Positions 29,501 to 46,171 of a DNA stretch of 64,000 nucleotides are shown one piece after another (position 1 is the stretch's first letter; every line of letters starts with the position of its first letter). The notes under the pieces were generated by a model. The model was not told where the DNA came from. It did not search any database and worked only from the letters and a program-made list of their open reading frames with translations. Source of the DNA: Auanema rhodensis (taxonomy: Eukaryota; Animalia; Nematoda); assembly GCA_964057225.1 (NCBI GenBank), contig OZ059896.1, positions 15,190,001 to 15,254,000 of the forward strand. Direction: 5' to 3'. The translations under genes were made by a program, and so were the position numbers.

Positions 29501-30358
29501 GAAAACTGAACTTTTGAAAAGCAAGAAAAGTTGACGAGAGACAGCTGGTGACATGTTAGGGGTCAATTCGTCCGAAAGACCAGACAGCAATGTTAACTAC
29601 AGTCTATTCATATACTTGAAAGTTGAAGAGACAGAAAGATGATTACAATAATCCAGTTTGTAATCGTTCATTCAATCGGGTAGAAGTTGGAGTTTCCAGT
29701 AAAAAAAAAAGAAAAATAGTTTAAATGTGGATTATTCATAAATTAACAATTATAACAAACGTAAATGAAATTAAGAAATCCAAATAACAGAGTGAATCGT
29801 TTGCAGTTATTATCCGGATAGTTGAACTGAGACCATGACGAATCCACCAAAGACAGCCGCAGGAGCACTGGTAGACGACAAATTAAACCTGTGAAAAGAA
29901 TTATTTACAATTAAGTGAGCTAAATCACAAATCAAGATACAACAATCTGTGATAAAGATGAACGAAAATGTGTACGTTACAGTACAAAAACACGTGGCAA
30001 CAACCCAAAAAATTTGCTATTTAACAGAAGAAAGGGTACCTAATTTTAAAAAGAAAACAACGCTGATTTGCCAAACAAAATAACTTCAGATCAGAAACAC
30101 CATAACAGATTTTAAAACGGATGAAATTGACTGATCGAACCAGCTTTACAATAAGTAAGCATGAGTTTGAACTGCATTTACAACTCGCAAAACAAAACGA
30201 AAGACAATTGACATGATAAAAGAATGAATCTAAGACTGCAATTCCTCGCAAACATCCTAGTGCAAACCCTAACCCGATAAGATATTTCAAATTTTTCGAG
30301 GAGGAAAGGTCTTACCTTAACAAATAACAAAAACTTTGTAAAAGCTACAGACGTCTTA

Positions 30359-32357
30359 TCAGTATCGATGACTTCGACCACGGGGTGAGCGAGAACGAGA
30401 GCGAGAGCTGAACAGGAGAAATCAATAAAACTTTTTTAAAAAAACTGTAGCTACCGGCTTCTTCTCCTTCTCTTTCTTTCACGATCACGGCTTCTGCTGC
30501 GGGAACTAGAATGTAACCTTAATGTTCATGGTACCAACTACAAAGAACTAACCGATCACGATCCCGATGCTTGTTTCTCATCCGGTTACTCATTTTCTTT
30601 TCAATATCATTAATAGCTTCCTGTAAACATATGCCAATCACGAATATCAAAAACAAATTCTTACATCGAGAGTAAAGAAGAGGGTTTGACAACGTTCGTC
30701 GGAGGCAATTCTACTCGTCCTAGCAATAGACATCGCTGTTCGCAGTGTTTCAATAGCGGAAGTATAGTGTCCAGAAGCAGCATCAGCATGCGCTCGAGAA
30801 ATAGCTGAGGAAGAAACAGTTCTAAAAGTATTTTACATGTTTTATGTTAACAGCTCGAAGCATTTACCTCAGGCGGTTCATAATATCTTCGAACTCTGCC
30901 TCAGATACAACGGCCGTCTGCATACCAGGGAAAACTTGAGGATTTACATGAGCTCCAGGAGGAGGCATTTGACCAACTCCGGGAGGGCGGATAGTTTGCT
31001 GCATAAGTGGTTGAGGTCCTGGTTGCTGATATGGCATTCCGGGAGGTCTGAAAAATTAAAATGTAATTTCATTGATTTTGTACTAAATTCTAACCTTGGC
31101 GGCATTGTCATTCCTACACCAGGCGGTCCCTGCATCAGTTGGTTCATGGGCCCTCCTCCCATCATAGGCTGAGCTCCTGGTGGAGCCATCAACGGACGAG
31201 CAGCGCCTGGAGTAACTACGGGTACTCCGGGTCCGCCCATTGAACGAACTGCAGGATTCTGCGAAAACACTTATTACATTAAATTCCAGACTTAAAAACT
31301 AACTTGAAGAGGAGGTTGACCATTTATGATCAGAGGTTGTGGTCTTGGTTGAATTTGATTACCCATAGATTGCATACCGCCAGGACCCATCATCATGTTA
31401 TGTATAGGAGGGCCTCCACCAGCTCTCATCATTTGAGATGGAACACCAGCTCCGATACGAATTGTTCCCATGTTTACACACCCATCCTCCTAAAAATATA
31501 AATAAAGAATATATATGGAGAACCCGAAATTCACCGTAGAAGGATTCTTTGGCACACCAACCTTCTTCGAATTCTTGGCATCGGGTCTGTTCTGTATTTT
31601 AGCCGCTGCTTCATCAAGTTTATTAAGAGATTGCTTAGTAAACGGAAGAATGCAAAGAGTATTTCCATGAATAAGCTTCTGAGGAAGCTTTTCAGTAATA
31701 ATCTTTACAGCTGTAATTTAAAAATCATAATTCAAATAAATTTTTAAAAATTACATTGTTCACTTGCAAAAGTGCAGGATGCGAAACCTTTACTTTGTCC
31801 ATTAGTTCTATTTTCAAAAAACTTCATTTCGATTAAATCGTTGACTTGGAGATTAGCGATATGTAACTGAAGTGGAGAAAACGAATTAAAGAAAAAAAAA
31901 AGAAGAAAACTTACAGCAAGATCGGCATCAGTAGTCCACCAAGTCATATTCCCTACATAACAACAATACCTTAAAAAGTATAAAATAAAAATTTGTATAA
32001 AGAAAACGATACTTTCTATCAGAAGAAGTAACAGACACCGAGCTAGGTTGGGTTTGAGAAGCCACTATAGAAGGCTTATATTCCATCGGAAAAAGAAAAA
32101 AATCAAAAAAATTATCTTTAAATAATACTTACAACATTTGGTTTCACATCAATGCTAGATGGAGCAATAGCATCATCATATAAATCTTCTTCTTCGCGTT
32201 TCATATCCTTTTCATCTCTGTACAATATTTTTAAATAATTAGAAAAACTGATTACTTACTCAGCATTGTCTAAAATATCATTTTCATTAACATCTCCGCT
32301 TAAAACACTTGAAGCTCCATCTAACAGAGCCAACTCGGCCGGATCAACTTCTTCCAT
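30359..32357 (-). CDS. cfim-2: Cleavage factor Im large subunit (CPSF6/CPSF7-like: RRM, Pro/Gly/Met-rich linker, RS tail)
   Basis: Spliced translation contains DLYDDAIAP; an RRM (YCCYVGNMTWWTTDADL...EMKFFENRTNGQSKGFA); the CPSF6-type block [44 protein letters not shown]...DERC; and a C-terminal SRSRSRDRERKRRRRSRSRSRSRSPRGRSHRY-TGA. Confidence 0.93.
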
Positions 32358-34245
32358 CTATAAAAAGCTCATTAGATATCAACATTCATACAAAAACATT
32401 GAACTGGACGAAAAAAATAATTGATTTTCAAAAAAAAAACATCATGTTTATTATAGTTCATTTGGCCTTTTCTGTAATTAAAAAAATTATATTCTGTAAA
32501 ATGGAAGAATAGCAAAGCGGAACATTATTGATAGTTACCAAAATTTGAAAAAGCAAATCTTGAAAAAACGCTTAGTGGTCGTGGATGCGCGTAAATTGCA
32601 CTTTGTTTATAACATACCGTAATCCAAAAATTAATTTTCTTCAAAGTAAAACGTAATTTCAGTACAACAAACTAATTATAATTAATTGAAAGAGTAAGAA
32701 AAAGAATTTCCCTTTTTTTTTCTTCAAACTATATTTGAAAAATCAAAAAAATATGTTTTGGCGTGAAGTAAATTTTTTTATTTTTATTATTTAGGTATTT
32801 TAAGGATCCCATTATATAAATGAAATAATTGTTTCTTCTTCAAAAACTTGAATACGTTTATAGTGACAAATATTCTAAAGTAAAAATAGATTTAATTGAA
32901 ATAAAACATCGAAATCAGTATTGTACAGTTCCCTGTTATGCTTTTTCTCAAAATACCTGGGTTACTTGAGAGTTTGGTACAAACATACACAAGTATGTTT
33001 ATATACATTGAGTTTTTGTGCGTTCAGAATATTCGTTTAGAAACTGGAAAACGTTGTGAACTTTGTTAGCACATTGTATAGTTAGAACCTGTTGTAATTC
33101 TTTATATATTTTTTTGATATAGTTTTGATGATGATAGGTTTGTGTAGTATAGCAGTATATGAAGCATTGTTTTTCCAGCTAGTTTGTGATGAAGAAGTAC
33201 GCCTATCAGGTGTTTCCTCGACTTCAAAAAAACTTTTTCTTTGTTTCTTAGAAATTATATCATCGTAAGAGAGTTTCACTTCAAAGTGAGTAGAAGGGTG
33301 GAGTTTGACAATGCTTGCGACCACCAGAATATACTTTTATCGACGTCACGCTTGTCATCGTTCGTACTGATGTCACACGGAACATTAGCTTCAAATATTA
33401 AGTACATGTTCTTTCTTCTACTTCCGACTTAGAGCAAACTTAGATGTATTACTTATCTGTGATTTCGTGTTGTTTGATAGGCTAAAATCTTGTTGTTTCC
33501 AACTAAAAGTTCATAGATTCTATAGATGCATATCAGGTAGTTTTGTGTTCGTCTGTCTAAACTAGCCCACAACTAGCAGATAACTACATGGAGGCTAATC
33601 TTGAGGTTTTATATACAAGATCTACGATTTCTTTTTCTGTCTCGCTCTTCATCACCTATTCGAGATAAATAAAAAGAAAGAGAGGCAGAAAGAGAGAGTG
33701 GACGACTGAAAGGGGTTTTCTATGAGAACGAAAGGATGAACAAGAGTCCAAAGAATGCCAGTGAAGAGAGAGAAACATGTAGAAGGAGAGAGAGTGACAA
33801 CATCTCTGAGATTTGTGTCTATTAGGATGATTTTGACGATAATTTGAGGTTGTTCTTTCACTCTTTCTCGTCCCTCTGTCTCTTTCTCTCTATCTCTCTC
33901 TTTCTTTCTCTTTATATGTTCATGTGTACCGAATATAAATTATTTGTCGTATATAAGAAAAACGTTTTTTTCTTGTTGCAAATTCGGGAAATTGTGCTCT
34001 TAGTTTAACATATTAGAAATGTCCTTTCTATTGTATAAACTGTGACTGGTAATGATGTCGTTTTTACATATTTTCATCAGTCTTAAAACATTTTCCCTTT
34101 CTCTCTCTCTCTCCCTCTCTAACTCACTCTCTCTCACTCTCTCATTTTCTTGCTATGTTTGTGTGTCCTCAGCCAGAAAATACGTATGTATTTATCCAAT
34201 TCTTTAATAGATATAAAAATCAAAAGTAAGAAGATTTCCAGTTTT

Positions 34246-34249
<4 letters not shown>

Positions 34250-34288
<39 letters not shown>
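34250..34288. repeat. (CT)n microsatellite
   Basis: Perfect TC run. Confidence 0.95.
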
Positions 34289-34290
<2 letters not shown>

Positions 34291-36001
34291 ATGGTCAACT
34301 GAATACAAATTCTTTTTCGTGAAGGCAAGAACACCGTTTTTCTTATTGAAGTCATTTCCAAACTCTAAATAAAGCTAAAATAATATTTTTTAATATTCTC
34401 ATTTTCATGTTGCTGGCAGGACATGTTCTGTGACTTTGTCACTTAGTTTTCACAAACTTCTTCTTCTTTCTCCTGCTGTTCCCTCCTACTGCTCCACCTT
34501 GCCGTTTATTAGTGTATCTCAAGAGAATAGCCTGCTAAATCTCTCTTTTTATTTTTCTCTCTCTTATTTTTTCTTTCTCTATCTGTTAGTTGTCTCTGTT
34601 TTTCTATTTATTTTCTTTTATCTTATAATATATATATATATATATATATTCACTTATCAGTTTCTTATCTATAGTTTCTTTGCAGTAATTTCATCTGTCG
34701 CTCTTATATTTTAAATTATTAATTTAAATTTATTTTAATATTAACAATTTACTTCAATCATTTTATCATTTTATCATGATATTACTATATATTTTTTTAT
34801 TTTTATTCTTAAAGTTCAATTAATTGCCAATATATTCAGTCATAAGGTGGATAGATGGACCGTCCTGTTCATATTACCAATCTTCTTGGCTGATTTGACC
34901 TTTGCAATTGATCATAAAAGGATTCAAAAATCACAAACAGCCACTCCTCCTGTTCTTCGTGTTGTAAATTCCATTTGCGGGTATTCTGTTATTTGAATCC
35001 GTATTCCACCACATCATTTTAGAAATTGAAGTTAAAGATAGATGGTCTAAGCCTTTATCATATCTCTTACACATGCAACTTCTTGATCATTTATAGCCTT
35101 TACAGATTGATAAGCTATGTTTTCCCGATATTTCCATTTATATTTTCAATAATTTTTTTTGAATTTTCTTAAATTTTGTTGAATTTTTTGAATATTCATT
35201 AAAGCATATGATTTTTTGATATGCAAGCAGGTATAAATCACTAATGTGAAAAATTGATTTTGCTCACTATTTCTTATTTAACAAAATTTTTTTCGCTATT
35301 TTTCTCAAGTAAAAATTAATTGAAAATGAAAGTTAAAAATGCAGATATAGCAAAGTTTCTTATTCTTCTATTTCTTTTCCTGTCTTTCTTTGAACCTTTT
35401 CTTACTTTCTCTATCTATATATGGCTGAATCCGGTCCATTTCTCTGATTTTTCTCGTCTTCTTAGAACAAAGTCCATTCATTCGTTGTCTTTATACTCAG
35501 TCATATCATGAATAAATCAATTTTTTAAAAATAATTTTGAGGAGAGGAGAACTGCTGAGCAGATTCGATTGTTGGTTTCTATCTGCCTGTCTTACTCTCT
35601 AATTCTGCTTTTCTGAGAAGTCGGTTTCCCAACTTATAACTTGATAAAATCTAAACTATATGTATATAAAATGCACTTTCATCTTTATAAATATACATTT
35701 TAGTCTAACGCATAGTAAGTTTTATTTAAGTTCTGACGTGTTTTCTTCAGTTTTTAATCTTCAACAGCAGTCTCATGTCCCCCCCCCTTCCTCTACCCCT
35801 TCTTTATGTTTACTTCAGGCTAAACAGTTGACACATGAATCATCATTTTATGCTATATTGACCAGTTCTCTCAAACAATTTTTGTCTTTTTCGTTTTGAT
35901 ATCTTATGATTTTCGTACTTTGAAGTCATTTTTTCATTTTATTTCTTTACAACCTGTCTACTTGATTCTCTAACTAAATATCCAGATCTCATCTGTTGAT
36001 A

Positions 36002-38518
<2,517 letters not shown>

Positions 38519-39776
38519 GCTTCGAATCTCTGAATTTTCGAAATGTATATAATAAAAATAACTTAATTTCATTCTATGTATATTAAATATGACATGTATT
38601 TGTGGATAATTTCTTGAAATTTTGAAATTCCTTAAAATTTCATCTTTTCGTTGTTCGTCGGCTTCTTATGTTTTCCGGATTTTCCTTTTTTTTCTCTCAA
38701 TCTTCTTTAAGGACATCGCTGCTTATCACCTACTTCAAGTTATTTTCGCTAGAAAAAACTGGCAAAGAGGGAGAAGAATGAGTTAAGAAGAAAAAAAAGA
38801 AAAGAAAATATAAAAAGTTATAATTTTTTATGAAAAAATGTAGTTGTACATACCTAGTACTTAAGTAGATCTTGTTAAATGATATTATGAAAAAATAAAT
38901 AAAATATTTATTTTAATAGCGATCTTGAACCTTAAATAATGTACAAAAAGGGCAAGTAAATCCAAGAGGATGGTAAAAGAGTAGTATGGATGTTGGTAGG
39001 GGTAAAGGGAGAGAAGGGCCGACTGTTGTAGATGGGAGGGAAAAGAAGACATGAAGTGGAAGGGAGCGGTCAATAGAACAGAAATAAAGAAAATAATAGT
39101 AAAAGAATTCTTCCCAACGACAAGGAACATTATTATGCTCCAAGACAAAACAATAAAATCATAAATACCTAACCAGTAGAGATAGTAATAAGGATATGAA
39201 TATGAGAATAGGCCGCTTAGCTCGTCTTAATATTGTCAAAAGCGTAGCTTTGAAGGCAACACGTGTACACGCGTGATGATTTTCATCAAAATTTGAAGAT
39301 TCACAGATGCTAGGTTCCAGAAGATAGAGTTGGATGTATATGTGGAAGTTTGACGATAGAAGGAAAAACTCTTATAGAAACATGTGATGATGATATTCTT
39401 AAGATTAATAAGAACTAGAATATAAAATAGATCACAAAGACGATTCTTTTGATATGCCAAAAAAACCGGAAGGACCATCTGAACATAATAATATGTAAAG
39501 GAGACACATAGAGGCTGAATGAAGAAGGTCATGAGAAAATATCTTAAAGTGGAAGGAAAAGCTCTTTACACGATCTCTATATGAATAAATTACAAAAATA
39601 ATGATGATGATGATGATGATGACAACAGAATTAATGCTTTAGAGCAAAGAAGGTGTTAGAAAAAAATCTGTAACTTCTATAAATAGTAAACTAATTTGAA
39701 CGATTGAAGACAGTGGAAAGAGCCTGCAACCAGAGAGAATGAGAGAAGCAACAGCACGTAGAGCAAGTAGCATTCT

Positions 39777-40572
<796 letters not shown>

Positions 40573-43500
40573 ACTACCTTTCTCTAAAATCAGGCATAAT
40601 TAAAGCGAATAAAGACGGGTCAAACATGCAACAAGAGGATAATATATAAACTGGTGAATAACACAAACAACTAGAAATTGAAATGTAAATATTTTGCAGG
40701 AATTTTAAAGTAATTAGTAAGTAGTCAATAAAATAAAGGAGGAAAGTTAATGAATGGTAAAACAAACTGATGGGTGAGCCCAAACGATTACCTAGTTTTG
40801 CCATTTGACAAACACCTAAAGCTAAACACTACGATTGAAATCCAGACGAGAAATGGAAAAGAATGAGATATATGCATCATTTCAGCACATCTGGTCAGAT
40901 CTTGCAGATAGCAAAACGCTAATGGTTTTCCGAAAGCAATGAAAGCTAATCCTATTGGGATTAAAATAAAAAATGTGAATTATTAAGATACAAAGATACT
41001 GAAACTCAACAAGATAGATTAAAGGATGAAAAATCAAAAAGCCTAGGTACGTCATGATGAAGATACAGGTGAATATTAAGACAAAATAGGACTTGACCCC
41101 TTTACGGTCGCATGCTAACGACTTTGTCGAAAATTGAGTGATGGTCGTTAGAAAGGATCGAGCGGTACTGCGGCAGGTAGTAACAAAAGATGACATTGAG
41201 ATGAAGGAGATCTAGTAAAGCAAAGGTACCACAGAAGAACCTATAGTGACCGATCCGAGCTAATACCGAAACAAAAGCCGAATTCAATCGAAAGTAAAAA
41301 AGCCGACTGGTGCAATTATTCAAATGAGAGCGCCAATACTATTCACGTCAAATTTCACGGAGAAGGTTATTTGAAGCATTCTGCACTGAGAGGTAGGTCG
41401 GTTGCATTCATATAATCAATTAAATTTACAATATAGAATTAACAGAAAGAAAGTGATTATGCCTGTTCTTAAATTCAAAAAGTTTAAACAAATTTACAAG
41501 TGTATTTGTGGTCTTAGTTCATTATATGGGAAGCCGAAAAAACCAATATAAATTTTCAAGATTAAATAGAGTTGTTCTTCTGGTATCCATTTGCAAAATC
41601 AAGCTCACAAGAAAGACAAGAAAAATATTAGAAATTGGACTGAAAATTAACGAGTCACAAAACATCAAACAAAAGCAACTAGAGAAATCGCCGCCTATAG
41701 CACAAAGAGGCAAGGATAACTAAGAGAATGAACACATGCACTGCTGGAAAGGGACATTGTGTGCTTCTCGGTAGAAAGAGAAGTACAAACAAACAGGAGC
41801 CACGACATTGACTTGGGCAAAGTGATCAACGAGGCAAGGAAGGTGATATAAAGAGAACGAGGGAGAGATAGAGAGAGAAAATTCCGATGAGGACTAAACC
41901 GGTTATCTGTAGAGCATGAATGCATCAGGAAGAACAGAGCGGAAGCTGGCAAAACAACAGTTAGTCGCAACGAAATATTATCTCAATGTCTTCACATACA
42001 TAAAAAGCCATAGCAAACGAAGAAACCAAATGCGGAACAATGCGGAACAAAGTGAACGAAATAAAATAATAAAAAGAAACAAAAAGCGCTATATAAACTT
42101 CAAAAGCACAAAGATGGATGCATGTATATATATGTGTATATATGGGAAGCCAAGATAGCTTCGCCGGGGGACACGAAAATGAAAATAAAACGTATATAGA
42201 CTATTAATTCGAGTCATTTCATGATGAGCTCCCGCTATGTGGCAAAGAAAACATGAGTCATAATTCAACAATTACAATCAAAAATACCAGCAACATGAGT
42301 ACATTCCAAAACGAAATACAATAATCGTATGAGTCGTACCTCTAAAAATAAGCGATAGAAGATTATGAGGGGGAATAGCACGATTTGGAATACAAGTGAA
42401 TATTATAGTAGCGACTGGGTTTTGGTTTTGGCGAACAATTCGAAAATCAAATGGAAATGGCACAATGAATAGCAAGTTTGGAAAAATTCACTGAAGCACG
42501 AAGAAGCAAAGTGGAAAAATATGTGGTCAAAGGGATAACAATTAGACTAACCAACGGTAATCGAGTTAATCTACCTGCTGCGACCTACACCAACCATAAC
42601 AACCATCTAGTCGATCGATCAATAATGGCGTAGAGGACGCAGAGGTTCCGCCGTCTGGTGGAGAGACAAGCGGACAACTTTCCATTAGGAGACTAAGGAT
42701 TTGGAAGAAATGACGAAAAGAGACAGGCAGAAAAACGGCACAAAACTAACTTTGCAGAAAAAAAGGAAAATCTGTGAGAATGAAGATAAGATAGGAGAGA
42801 AATAATTATAGAAAGAGAGAAATGAAGAAGTGAGAGAAAGATACACATACACATAGCAAAGGATTGGCTAGAGTAGCGTAGTAGAAACAAAAAGACACAC
42901 AATACAGAGGACCACATAGCAGAGATAGAGATAGAATATGATGATCATTAGAAGATTTAAAGGATTGGAAGATAAATGTTCTGAATAGGTGAGTTCTGAC
43001 TATAAACTTGCTATAGAAAACTAGGCGCGGACGATATTCTATCCACCATTTCACAGCGGCTAGACATAGATTGTGGGCTGGGAGAACATGGAGAGGGAGG
43101 AAGAAAGATGAGACAGAGAGTATGACGCATATGGTGACACATTGCTCCCATTGCTAGGCAGATTTTTCTAAAAAAAGCGAAAAGGTCATATAAAATTTGA
43201 TAACTATAGGAGAGAAGGATAACGGAATTCTGGTGAATAGGTGCGTAAGTATAACAATGATAGTCTCGAGCAGCTCAATCGTCGACGAGACTTCAAAGTC
43301 TTTGACAGATCGCATACATATATAAAGGAACGGGCTATAAATGAAGGGAAGATTAACCAAATAGTGAATATGTATATATGGAGTGAAACGATAAAAGAAG
43401 TCAGATATTGCACAAGACTCAACTTGTGGAAGTATATTTGAAAAATACTTTAAAAACAATGTTTTTTATATTGTTAGTGTACATGAACTAGCACTATTAA

Positions 43501-43635
43501 CTATACAAACTATTTGAAAATACCCATATCAACAGCTTTCAAAAAACAAAAATGTACATACTCTGATGATATCAACAAACATTACGTAAAACATATGAAA
43601 AGCTATTATAGATATTCTGAATACAACGAGAAATA

Positions 43636-44232
43636 TTATGCCGCTGCCTTAGACGGAGCAACAGGCAGAGGCTTTCCAGCGTCTCCCGGTGTTAATCCTA
43701 AAGACAATTAATAAATAAAAAGTTTAGAAAAAGTACTCACCAAACCACATTGCACCTAAAACGAGTGATGCAACGGTAACTCCTTGTGCGACGACTCTGC
43801 CTCTCATGTAGAATTGAGCACGTCGAGGGTTTCTTTTTATCGTTGAGCTTAGCATGCCTATTGAGAAAAATTAAATCAAGGGAAAGAAGAAAAGTAAACC
43901 AATTAAACATCCACAAGTCGCAAGCATTCCAACCGGAACAAATGGATTGCTGAATGCTTTTTGAAGAAGTGAAGCTGAGGCAGCTTTTTGTACACCTAAA
44001 AAATACGTAAACTTAAAAAATAATATTATAAATAAAGTTTAATACCTGACATATCAGTTGGAATTAATGGAACATTACTATAACTCTCCCTCTCCGCCTA
44101 ATTTAACTAATTCAGTATAATATTAACAAAAAGGAAACTGACAAGCCATTGCATATGTTGCTTATGATCGCGGAAGTCATGGGGTTCAGGAGCGATAGTT
44201 CTTGCAGGTTCCGCTATTTGGGAAGTTGACAT
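43636..44232 (-). CDS. HIG1-domain mitochondrial inner-membrane protein, type 2 (HIGD2A/Rcf1-like), 5 exons
   Basis: Spliced product contains KAFSNPFVPVGMLATCGCLIGMLSSTIKRNPRRAQFYMRGRVVAQGVTVASLVLG, including the Q-x3-R-x-R-x3-Q motif of type-2 HIG1 proteins. Confidence 0.92.
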
Positions 44233-46151
44233 TTCTTATCTTAATATATTTTTAACGTATAATATCGATAAAAGCAATGTTTTCAAAAAATATAAATTTA
44301 AAGTAGTACACAAGAAAATAAAGGGCGGTACGATTCGCAATAGAGCATATTTTCAAGCAGTTTAAAATAAAATATTGTTATATGTAATGTTTTTTTCCTG
44401 TAGTAAATCATCCTTATCATTAGATAGATCTTTCGTTCAAAATTCCGAAAATTCTATTTCAAACCGTGAAGACGAGTTGTTAAAGTTTTTATATTACGAA
44501 TTCCGGGTATTATACATATAATGTACAAGGTTAAACGTGACTGTAACTTGATAGTGGATTAGAGAGGTAAATTGGACATAGAGGTATTAGTGAAAGTAAT
44601 AGCATTTGCAAAACGTAACATGGTTACAGAATTTAAACCAAATATATGTTAATTAAAATTCTTTCTATAAATGATTAACTTTTCAATATTAATTGTGTGA
44701 AATTGTGCTGAATGTGCGGAAATGAGATGCGGTAGTTATTATTTTGGTCATTTAGTGGTCATTTAGTAAATTAAGAAAGATACCATGATCAATTTGTAAA
44801 TTTGATTCATCAGCGTTTAATATTGAATCTCCTATTCAATGTTTGTATGCATTCAACAATATTACTTGTAATGTTCATTCCTTCTTTTCAAAACATTTTT
44901 CAGTAGAATATTCGAAATAAACATCGTTCCATTAAATTGTTGAAATTAAAATTAATATAATCAATTTTTAACTGTTGTTGTAACTCTTGGTCACTGCTAC
45001 GATTTGAACAAATAAGGTAATTGGGACGAGAAAAGCCTTTGATGGGTGTGCCGTCTACTATAAGCTGACTGACAGATGGAAGGATCAATTTCAGATGCCA
45101 ATATAAGAATAGAAAGCAAGAACAACACATAAAGGAAGACTAAGAACAGTAAGGTAAATGAGGAAAATGAACTATAAAGAGAGCAAATGAAAGAGAAAAG
45201 GAAAAGGAATACTGAAGGAGGAGATATGAAAGAAAGAGAAGGAATCTCTTTGAATTCGGTATATAAATCGCAACATCATCAGGTTACAAGTATGTGTATG
45301 TATATGTTAGCTATATGTAAGATCGAAGGTCAAATGATTGATTCCATATAGACGGACTATTAGCGAAGCTTTACAAGGTTTTAATAGCCTCTTCATACTC
45401 TCGTTTCTGTTGTATTTCCAACAAAATTCTCACTAATTTATCGTTTTGGTATCGTGACCGTTCTGGAGAGTGCAACACCAATAATCAGATGACGTGTTGA
45501 TGCTTATGTATGTTTGTATGTAGGAATGGTGTGTTGATGCTGATTGTCATTCATCTCTACAGATCGCTGATTATGCAGCTAACTTATTTCCATCGTCATC
45601 TCGTTTTCTGTTGAAATCTGAAGATTTAACAAGACCTTCAGTATCTTAAATCTCAAGATAGCTATACAAATCAAGTAGTTTTATCATATTCGTTGCCCGT
45701 GAAATATGTGAAAACTACAATCTAATCTGAAATATTTCCAGTTTATTCTCTATACTTTATATTGTTTTTCTAAAAATTCTTTTCGAAATAGAATATAGGT
45801 TTATAATACTTGGTCTTTTTCTTTCGTTGATGTCTTTTCTATTCCCTCTACCTCGCTATTTTCAGTATTTTTAGATGAAAAATAACAAAATGCAAGCATT
45901 TTTTTCATAACAAAACATGCTTAATGTTTAAAACTAAGTTCATAAGGTTTACTTTTTGTTTTTCTCCTTGTCTAACCTTTAACTATCGTCTCTTCTTTAC
46001 TAATCTCTTCGCTATTTTTTCTCCTCTTTGCTAGTTTTATAAATTTCTGTAAAGTTGTTACTATAAATAGAAAATTTTTATGAACCAAAAAATAGGAAAA
46101 AAGCTATTGGTCAGTTTAACATGTAGAAAATATGAAAGAGAGTGAATGCTA

Positions 46152-46171
46152 GAGAGAGAGAGAGAGAGAGA
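46152..46171. repeat. (GA)n microsatellite
   Basis: Perfect AG run. Confidence 0.9.

Noticed and set aside
32930-33432. Small gene divergent from cfim-2
   Set aside because: Splice-like signals exist but every attempted exon chain met early stops; cannot be supported without RNA data.
34840-35110. Two-exon small protein gene
   Set aside because: An intron-like 34981-35022 segment is present, but there is no in-frame start and the join terminates immediately.
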